From contig NW_003314275.1 of NCBI RefSeq assembly GCF_000143415.4, forward strand, positions 2,693,671 through 2,757,670: a stretch of DNA of 64,000 nucleotides, given 5' to 3'. Below, piece after piece: positions 55,801 through 64,000 of the stretch. How positions within the stretch are numbered: position 1 is the first letter of the stretch; each line of letters begins with the position of its first letter. Source of the DNA: Selaginella moellendorffii. Taxonomy: Eukaryota > Plantae > Lycopodiophyta. The position numbers were made by a program, and so were the translations under genes. A model generated the notes under the pieces. The model was given only the letters and a program-made list of their open reading frames with translations. It was not told the origin of the DNA and made no database searches.

Positions 55801-58800
55801 AGCGAGGAAGAATAAGAAGTAATGAGATTCTTGTAAGGTTAGATCCAATGCTGTGACTCACAGTAGTCAATAGGGTCCACTTTATTCAACTCCAAGGTCT
55901 CTCACGAAGCTGGCAAAAGATAAGGATGACTTCCTGGGAGCAAGTGCCTCTCTCCATTCTCCTACTTTCATGGCCAGAAAATTACCATACAAGTGTTGAG
56001 GATTTCCTCACTGGAGTTGGAGCACCTTTTCTATCTAATGTATATGCTGTTTGATAGAAAGATAGACTAATGATGCAAGATGGTTCACTGCTGCATAAAC
56101 CTTTCCAAACAATAGTGATTGATGGGTGCTAGAATTGATGCTTTACGATGGGCAGATAATGGTTATTTTTCTTTCAGAATCTACAGATACTCAAACTGCG
56201 TTTAATGGTGTGGAGGAGTCATGGCATTAAATCTAAAAACCTCCACACAGGATCAGAAATACCAAGGCTAGCGTATGCAGCGAACATGTAGGAAATTTTT
56301 TTTTTCCTTTCTTTTCAGTCTCTAGAGAGGCTCATGCACTCATCATGTTGAGACGATGATTAATTTCAACTCAGACTAGTGGGATTTAAGAGTCCCCAAC
56401 ATCTTCAGATATAGATTGAAGTTTGATTGAGTTCTTCTCAAGTCGTGACAGGTCATCCATGTTGAATCACCCCCAAAAAAGTTTTGTACACTACCAACTA
56501 GTTTTTCCCTCTCACATAACAGCAGTAGCAGCCAAGAACAAAAGAGAGATCATAGCAAAAAAGCCATAAGGGCCAAGCATCTCTCCTTCTCGTGTTCCAT
56601 TATTTTTTTTCTGACACTATAGATCAAGGAGGATGCAAGAGAAAAGCAAGCAAGCTGGAAGAGGAACAATTTAAAGGATTTTCTTGGACGAGGAAAGCTT
56701 GGTGTCGTCACACTGGAGTTAGCCATGCGAGCTCGACCCTGGATCGGTTGAGCAGCCTCTCCAGCACTGCTTCTGCAATGATGGTCGTGGCAATGGAACT
56801 TTTCTAGTGTCCAAAATGTGCTCGACAAGTGAGGTTGCACTCATAGTGAGAGTCAATTTCCCCTTCAAAGAACTACTATCATAACAAAACTGTCAAGTTA
56901 CAGCTTGCAACCAAATGAAATCCCCTCTCAATTGCCTCGATGCAGTGATCGTGTTTGCTTTGCTTTTGCTAGAGTTGCTTTGCCTGGTTGAAATATCAAA
57001 CAAAGAGAGATGACAAGCCGCACCTCCTTTGCTGTATATCTGCAATTCCGACTGTCATGATCCACTCATAAATCCTCAACCACCATAGCCAGTTGCTCTC
57101 CTAGAAGTAAAAAAGGAACTATCCCCAACAAAACATGCCCAAAAGGGACATCTGCAGCAAGTGCTTGAAGTGATGGGAGGACCGGAGAAAAAAACCCATC
57201 TGGCTATGGAATGCAATGACGATATCCAGGAATTTTAATGAGGCTGTGGAGATGTTTAGGATGATCCCAAAACACTAAGATGAAGTGTCATGGAACTCCC
57301 TGATCACTGCATTTGCCCTCAAGGGGGATTTCGAGGCAGCATCAAGCTTGTAGTCCAAAATGCCTAAAACACTTCATTGTTTTCTGACTGCAAAGACATG
57401 GCAATGACATGTTCTTGTTACCATGGCCCTCTAATTTTGCAACGATATCAGCTAGGGAGAAGCTAGAATGTATGCTATCATAAGAGAAGATCTAAAAGTG
57501 ATGGGGGTGCCTGAGTGGATGATTGTCCAGGCCATGGCCCCAATAGGGAAAGGGCACAGCAAAAATATTGAGACCTTTGAAGATTATTTTCAATGTTGTA
57601 GGAGCAATGCCAAGAAGGCCTAGCATCAACAACTTCAGCACTTTTTAGTCAGTAGGATTTGTCCGGACAATCCTTATCACTCGTTGATTTTCTTGGATAC
57701 ATTATTTCTTGGTGCATCTAAAAGCGTGTTTGGTGATGATGTCAGAAAGCTCAACCAAGAGGTAATGAAGTTGCGATGGCTTCGGAATGTTTTTACACAT
57801 TGTACAAAGGTGCTCCAGGAGCAAAACGAGGCACTTTAGGCAGCACTCTAGGGGCAAAATGAGGCACTCCAGGCAGCACTCCAGGGGCAAAACTAGGCAC
57901 TCCAGATGGTACTCAACTAGGCACTCTAGGGGCAAAAGTAGGGGCAAAAGTAGGGGCAAATTTTTGAGCAAGAAGCCAAGATAAGAAGAAGTGCATTAAA
58001 AGATATTGAGAGGTGGATTTCCAATGGCATCATTCCAAAGCAATTGATAAAACTACAAGCCTCTTACCAACGAATCAAAAAGTTAATAAGACACAAAAAG
58101 CTTCTGTGAATTTGAGCTTATACATAGAATATGTATGTAAATATAGGACATTATATCTATAAATATAACAATTATATAGTAGGAACTATACTTATTGCAA
58201 GTCAAGCAGTAAAAGTAGCAAAAGATCACTTAAGTTTTTTAATGAACCCTATCCCTTGCTCTCGTCAAAATCTTTATTCTCCTTGGTCTTTGAGAACATT
58301 AAACATTTGAGATTTAGCACAGTCGAGCCAACTCTTCTATACATCAAAAACGCGTGCAATAGCACCAAAGGAAAGAAGATAAAATTTCCTCCTATTTCTA
58401 ATGTTTACAAACCTTGTTGATTGCACATGACACTTCGTTATAAAACCTCCTACAGTGAGTGGTTTTGGCATGGCAAAAAATGGCTATTTCAAGTCTTCAC
58501 TGTGGTTTGCTAGAACCAAGAACATTCTACATGTTTTGGCAAGGCTAAGCTATTTAGTATTGCTCTAGTGTTCCGATTGTTTGTCGTCTCAGTACACTAT
58601 GGATGGTGTAGCGCACCTTATCTCTCTCCCCTTAAGCCAATTGGAAAAAGGGCAATTGCTTGATAAGAAAGCCCTTAGTGGTTATTTTATCCCTATTTAT
58701 CCCCTAAGGTTCCAAGGATCCACGGTGACAATATATCCAAATCTCATCCCAAGATCGCATATGCTACAGATAGGGACTTTCAACTAGCTTATATATAACA

Positions 58801-61467
58801 ACTTTCTGGCTTTTTAGGTTGTAAAACACACAAACAATGGCAAGCTTGTAGTTGCAAAACTGGTGAAACTCCTCTAAGCAAACCCAATTGAAAATAGTAA
58901 AGAGCTCATTTATTGCATGAGGAGTTATTGCTTGTTTTTGCTTTCAACTCCAACCGCTTTGACCTCACAACATAGCATTTTTCTGTGGCCTCATTCAATG
59001 CAATGCTAAGTCCTCCTTGATTATTATTAACTTTAATAATTTGAACTCTCACAAATTTATTATTATACAAGATTTATTGCTGTCATGATTACCAAGCACT
59101 CTACACTATATACCAAAGCAGATGCCACCATTTTCTAGTGTTCCGATTGTTTGTCATCTCAGTACACTATGGATAGGGGCTTTCAACTAGTTTATATACG
59201 ACAACTTTTTGGCTTTTCAAGTTGTAAAACACACAAACAGTGGCACACTTGTAGTTGCAAGACCGATGAAACTCCTCTAAGCAGACCCAATTGAAAATAG
59301 TAAAGAGCTCATCTATTGCATGAGGAGTTATTGCTTGTTTTTGCTTTCAATTCCAACCTCTTTGACCTCACAACATAGCATTTTTCTGTGGCCTCATTCA
59401 ATGCAATGCTAAGTCCTCCTTGATTATTATTAGCTTTAATAATTTGAACTCTCACAAATCTATTATTATACAAGATTTATTGCTGCCATGATTACCAGGC
59501 ACTTTGCACTAGATACCAAAGCAGATGCCACCATTTTCATTCCCAGAAAAAAGGAACACTATGATTGCCTAGCAGCAATAAACTTAAGGAACTTCCCACT
59601 ATTTCTTGTTGTACATTTTGCAAGAAAATATATTGCAAAACAAAAGAGAATCTCATTTGAATATTCTAAGTACGTTCTTTACTCTAAAAACTAAGAAAAT
59701 TTAGCATCAGTTTGTAGGGTTAGGGTATGGCGCAGTTGCTCATGAAAAGGAGGGGCAACTTCTTGGTGGACTCTGTAATGGATTGTCTAGGACAAAGGCG
59801 ATGGCACTATGCAGCCTTCTGCACCGTTGTGGACATGCCACTTTGAAGGCTAGACTATATTAGCATCTAGCGTGTATTTGGTCATGTGTGCGAGCAAGGC
59901 AGAGTGTCGGGTATCAGCAGAATCGCAATGGAGGCCATCGTCCGGGAGAAGCCCATGTCCTATGAAGAGCAATACGAAGGTATTTGGGACGATAACCTCA
60001 CTTACACCAACATTTGCCTTTGCATTGACGGCTACAAGAGGGTGCTAATAACGATCGAAGCAATCTAGGAAGAGCTCCAGCAGCAGCAGCAGAACAGCAG
60101 CAGCCACAGGAGATGCCATTGTTTAGCGGACGTTTGATCAAGTACATGAGGTTAGGCATGATACCCCATGAGATTCGAGGGTGTGGCTTGGGATCGAGAA
60201 ACTTTCGGCAGGAGATGGTCTCTTGGGTGGAGCGGGACCTGTTCAGCCGTGCGAGATTGCTGGAGATGCAGGCGCTGCTGGTGTTTGATGCGCAGATGCT
60301 GGCACATGAATGGGAGTTGGTGTTGAGGACTTTTGACAAGTCCATGTTGTTAGTTAGATTGCTATGAATGGACACGAACTGCTCGCCTGATGTTGAATTC
60401 GATGACGGGATTAGTCAAGAGGATTTTGATCAAAAGACTTCTGATGAACATGTTGAGGACCTGGAAGCTGCAAAGATGGTGGCGCAGAATGGTGGCTTCA
60501 ACAAGATTTGGGCCTGGCCAAGGAACGCATGCGTGGATCTCTTCAACTCTTAGGTGGGGGGTGTGGAGGAGATCATCAAGCGGTATGGTGAGCTCAAATT
60601 CAAACCTAAAAGAAACGATGAATACAACAACAATGTTGAGGATAACTTCAGACTGGGTGAGCACCCAAATAGGCAGCGAGTGAAATACAAGATGACCAAG
60701 AGAGGTCTGCAACCTCTCAGAAGAAGCTCAAGCTTTGATCCTAGCGAGGAAGAATAAGAAGTAATGAGATTCTTGTAAGGTTAGATCCAATGTTGTGACT
60801 CACAGCAGTCAATAGGGTTCACTTTATTCAACTCCAAGGTCTTTCATGAAGCTGGCAAAAAACAAGGACGACTTTCTGGGAGCAAGTGCCACCCTCCATT
60901 CTCCTACTTTTGTGGCCGGAAAATTACCATGCAAGTGTTGAGGATTTCCTCACTGAAATTGGAGCACCTTTCTATCTAATGTATATGTTGTTTGATAGAA
61001 AGATAGACTAATGATGCAAGATGGTTCACTGTTGCATATACCTTTCCAAATAATAGTGATTGATGGATGCTAGAATTGATGCTTTACGATGGGCAGATAA
61101 TGGTTATTTTTCTTTCAGAATCTACAGATACTCAAACTGCGTTTAATGGTGTGGAGGAGTCGTGGCATTAAATCTAAAACCCTCCACACAGGATCAGAAA
61201 TACCAAGGCTAGCATATGTAGTGAATGTGCAGGAAATTTTTCTTTTTCCTTTCTTTTTAGTCTCTAGAGAGGCTCATGCGCTCATGATGTTGAGACGATG
61301 ATTAATTTCAACTCAGACTAGCGGGATTTAAGAGTCCCTAACATCATCGGATATAGATTGAAGTTTGATTGAGTTCTTCTCAAGTCGTGACAAGTCATCC
61401 ACGTTGAATCACCCCCAAAAAAGTTTTGTACACTACCAACTAGTTTTTCTCTCTCATATAACAGTAG
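49813..61467. repeat. Tandem segmental repeat, unit ~4.95 kb, about 2.35 diverged copies
   Basis: ggtatgg.gcag.tgctcatgaaaagg recurs at 49813, 54797 and 59724; the ORF MITRHFALDTK.. occurs at 54561 and 59488; units carry a broken ORF, PPR debris and 33-bp LQxxLQGQNQA repeats. Confidence 0.92.
58607..58768. mobile_element. Small solo LTR (162 bp) with 5-bp TSD
   Basis: TGTAGC...GCTACA ends; flanked by GATGG/GATAG; absent from the homologous empty sites at ~54245 and ~59172. Confidence 0.82.
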
Positions 61468-64000
61468 GAGCCCGGGTAGGTTTTGAGCTCATGAGCTCAC
61501 GAGCTGAGCTCATGAGCTCACGAGCTGAGCTCATGAGCTGAGCTCACGGCTTCTCAAACACAAGAAAAACATTGGTTCGTTCCGAACCAACATCTTTCCA
61601 TTTTTCAAATTTTGATTTAATCTATATTTCCAAGTAAATTCGACCAATAAAATACAAATATAAATATAGATCCGAACACTAAAAGCAATCTAAAAACACT
61701 TCTCAAGCTCCGCAACTGTAAGGCTTGCCTGGTGGATGTGATGGTCAATCTTAGGATCTTGGTTTAGTTCCTGCATAAAAATGTAATAAATGTGCTTGCA
61801 GGCTAAATATACCTTTCCCCTGGTCTCCCGCTGTGTAAAATCTGGATAGGTACAGGACGGATTTTCGCAGATTTTAACAGTGTAGCTCGTACCCTTTGAT
61901 GACTCAGTCACAATAATAAACTCCTTAGCCATAGCACTGATGTAGTTTGTCTTTGTGATTGTGCACTTTAGCTCTTTTGCCAGCTTGATCTTCTCTTGTG
62001 CACCTTTTGAAATAGAAGACTTGTATTGTACAGCCTTCCCATTCCTAGTTGGTCGTGTATGCCGGTCTAGTGTTGATATTGGTGGCATAGCAGTACTAAC
62101 AGCAACATTTGAGGAAGTCTTTAGCTTGAAACCTGCTCTCTCCAGACTTTCAATCTCTTCTTTCAAAAGATTGCAGCTTCGCTCAACTGGCCACTCCTCT
62201 GGCACAGAATCTGGCTTCAAAATAATTGAGCTGTGGATCCGGCTTGTATGAGTAACATCAGTCCCACAACAGTAAATCCAGCTTGACTGGCGGCCCTTCA
62301 CTCCTAGATCTCGACAGCCCCAGAAACATGGCACTGCTGAAGAACTTGAACCTGAGCGCACAAAAGCGAGACACTGACCTCGACTCCCAATCATTCCAGA
62401 GCAACGTGCATTGCTCTTGGCACTGACTCTTCGAATTGCCCAGTTGATACGAGAAACTGGCTCACGAGAAATAACCTTTTCAACCTCTGGCACTGGACTT
62501 ACTTGTGTAACAACTGGCACCTCCTCCACTCCATGTTCCTTAGTTCTTTTTCGGTGTCGTGGAACAGAATGATAGTCAAACTCTGGACAGTGAGAGCTAG
62601 AAGGAGTGATGTTTGACCCATCAAATGTCTGTCGACGCTTCATACGGGCTGTTCTCATGTCCCCAAGTGGCTCATAACTTGATTTCATAGGAGTTCCAGC
62701 AACAACTTCCTCCACCATCTTAGACATTGACCCTGCTGCTGGTGTTGTCCTTCTACCAACCCGCTCTTGAAGCCTGTCTAAGTTCGGACCTGTACCAGCA
62801 AACCTTGCTTCCTGTGCAGCCAAAGCTTTTGATGACTGCTCAAGAGATCTAGTGAGGTCGGAGAGTGTAGCTTCATAGAGGGACACTTTTCCTTTCCCTG
62901 CTTCGGAAGCTCTCCAACTCCAATGTTTGCTCTCAGAGAGATTAATTGTTGGTGTAAGTGCAATATCATCAAGTGGTTGATCCTACAAAAAATGCAACAT
63001 TTGAATGTGACAAGAAAGAAAATGAGAGAAAGCTTACATGGAGAGTATAATGACCCCACTGAAACATTCGAACTTCCCACCATGCAAGCCAGCATTCCAT
63101 TTGTGGAAGGTTTTCAATTGGCACTTTGTCTCCTTCACGCCACCATATGCGCATTTCATTTGCCTTTGCCTCGTGCTCCTCTTTAGTTGGTGCATCCATC
63201 CATTTCCGACAAAGCTGCTTGAACTCGTGATGGAAGGTAGACTTGATGCATCGGCAATGTTCATTGACGCTCTTTGCCAAATGAAACTCACAACTCTTCT
63301 CTCTACCTTGTAATGGCTGACTTTTATCACCTCCGAATACTTGTCGTACAGCCAACCAGTTAGCACCAGCTGCATCTGCCATGAAACCACAGAAGTTGGG
63401 TTTCTTCCCGGTTCGCTGTTCAACAACCTCGGACATACATGTCCAAAAGATGGTTTGTGCTTGAAAATCTTGAACCTTGAATTCGGCTATAGCTATAGTC
63501 AAATTGCACTGCAACCTATAAAAGGAATGGTTATAATGTAAATTGGTATAGATCCTTAAAAAATGAAAAGCCACTTACTTGTGATCATAAACATGAGCTC
63601 CCATTGTTGACCAGCCTAAAACTCGTTCCATATGGTCAAAATGGATCCAGGAATTAACTAAATCCCCATCTCCATCCATATCCATTCGTTGTACAAGGTC
63701 CACACCAGAAGCAGGACCAAGGGTAGACATCTTAAAGATGAAAGGGCGTTGATTGTTCGAAGTCACTTGGCCAACGAATAAGCTCCCATGAATAAACTCA
63801 TAGGGACATTTTCTCTTTAGCTCCAAAATCCCATCCAATCCAGATTGAAGCTTTCCATCTCGCCCTTCTCGCATCCAGTTCTTTATTCTACAAAAAAAAA
63901 GAGTGTTATTAGTGATAAAGTAGAGTTAAGTGTAATTTTATACCTGTTAAATTTCATAGTTCTGACCAGCCAGTATCGCCCCCTTCTCGGTAATTTTTTT
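61468..64000 (-). mobile_element. Mutator-like (MULE) DNA transposon, one end present, runs off the window
   Basis: Homology to the tandem-repeat unit stops abruptly at 61467; the element starts GAGCCCGGG with subterminal GAGCTCATGAGCTCAC arrays (61485-61547); encodes a transposase on the minus strand. Confidence 0.75.
61690..63890 (-). CDS. MULE-type DDE transposase with C-terminal SWIM zinc finger (spliced, 5' end outside the window, possibly defective)
   Basis: WIHFDHMERV (first D), GFMADAAGANWLAVRQVF (second D), CEFH (CxxH), SWIM YTVKICENPSCTYPDF..CKHIYYI; short introns at ~63578-63517, ~63038-62985 and ~63890. Confidence 0.72.

Noticed and set aside
61485-61547. CRISPR-like short repeat array
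   Set aside because: Eukaryotic context and no unique spacers; it is a transposon subterminal repeat.

Overview
Compact, gene-dense land-plant genomic DNA. Introns of ~50-60 nt, very short intergenic spacers, abundant PLS-type PPR debris and a ciliary-type MORN gene point to a lycophyte such as Selaginella; this is an inference, not a verified assignment. The window has three zones. (1) 1-19.3 kb is an accessory, rearranged zone. It holds a tandem Cassandra-type TRIM with 5S-rRNA-derived LTRs, a cluster of mid-SUN-domain paralogs interleaved with PPR fragments, and a Crinkler/RHS-type locus (P-loop NTPase + Zn ribbon + PD-(D/E)XK-like nuclease + Rho_N-like helix-extension-helix). That locus is split over a head-to-head fold-back duplication and carries a 144-bp inversion; flipping it back restores both the reading frame and a 52-nt GT-AG intron. 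(2) 19.4-48.5 kb is a housekeeping core: three nodulin-like MFS transporters, DUS3, RPL22, two conserved unknown proteins, a 3x-repeat LOTUS/OST-HTH-like protein, tRNA-Gln, CNGC, tRNA-iMet, LEA2/NHL, polygalacturonase, MAEA, MORN, an IRE-type AGC kinase and a tail-anchored coiled-coil protein. (3) 49.8-64 kb is a ~5-kb tandem segmental repeat (2.35 copies) containing a small solo LTR. It is cut by a Mutator-like element encoding a SWIM-domain transposase that runs off the window. Exon boundaries were read by eye and are approximate.
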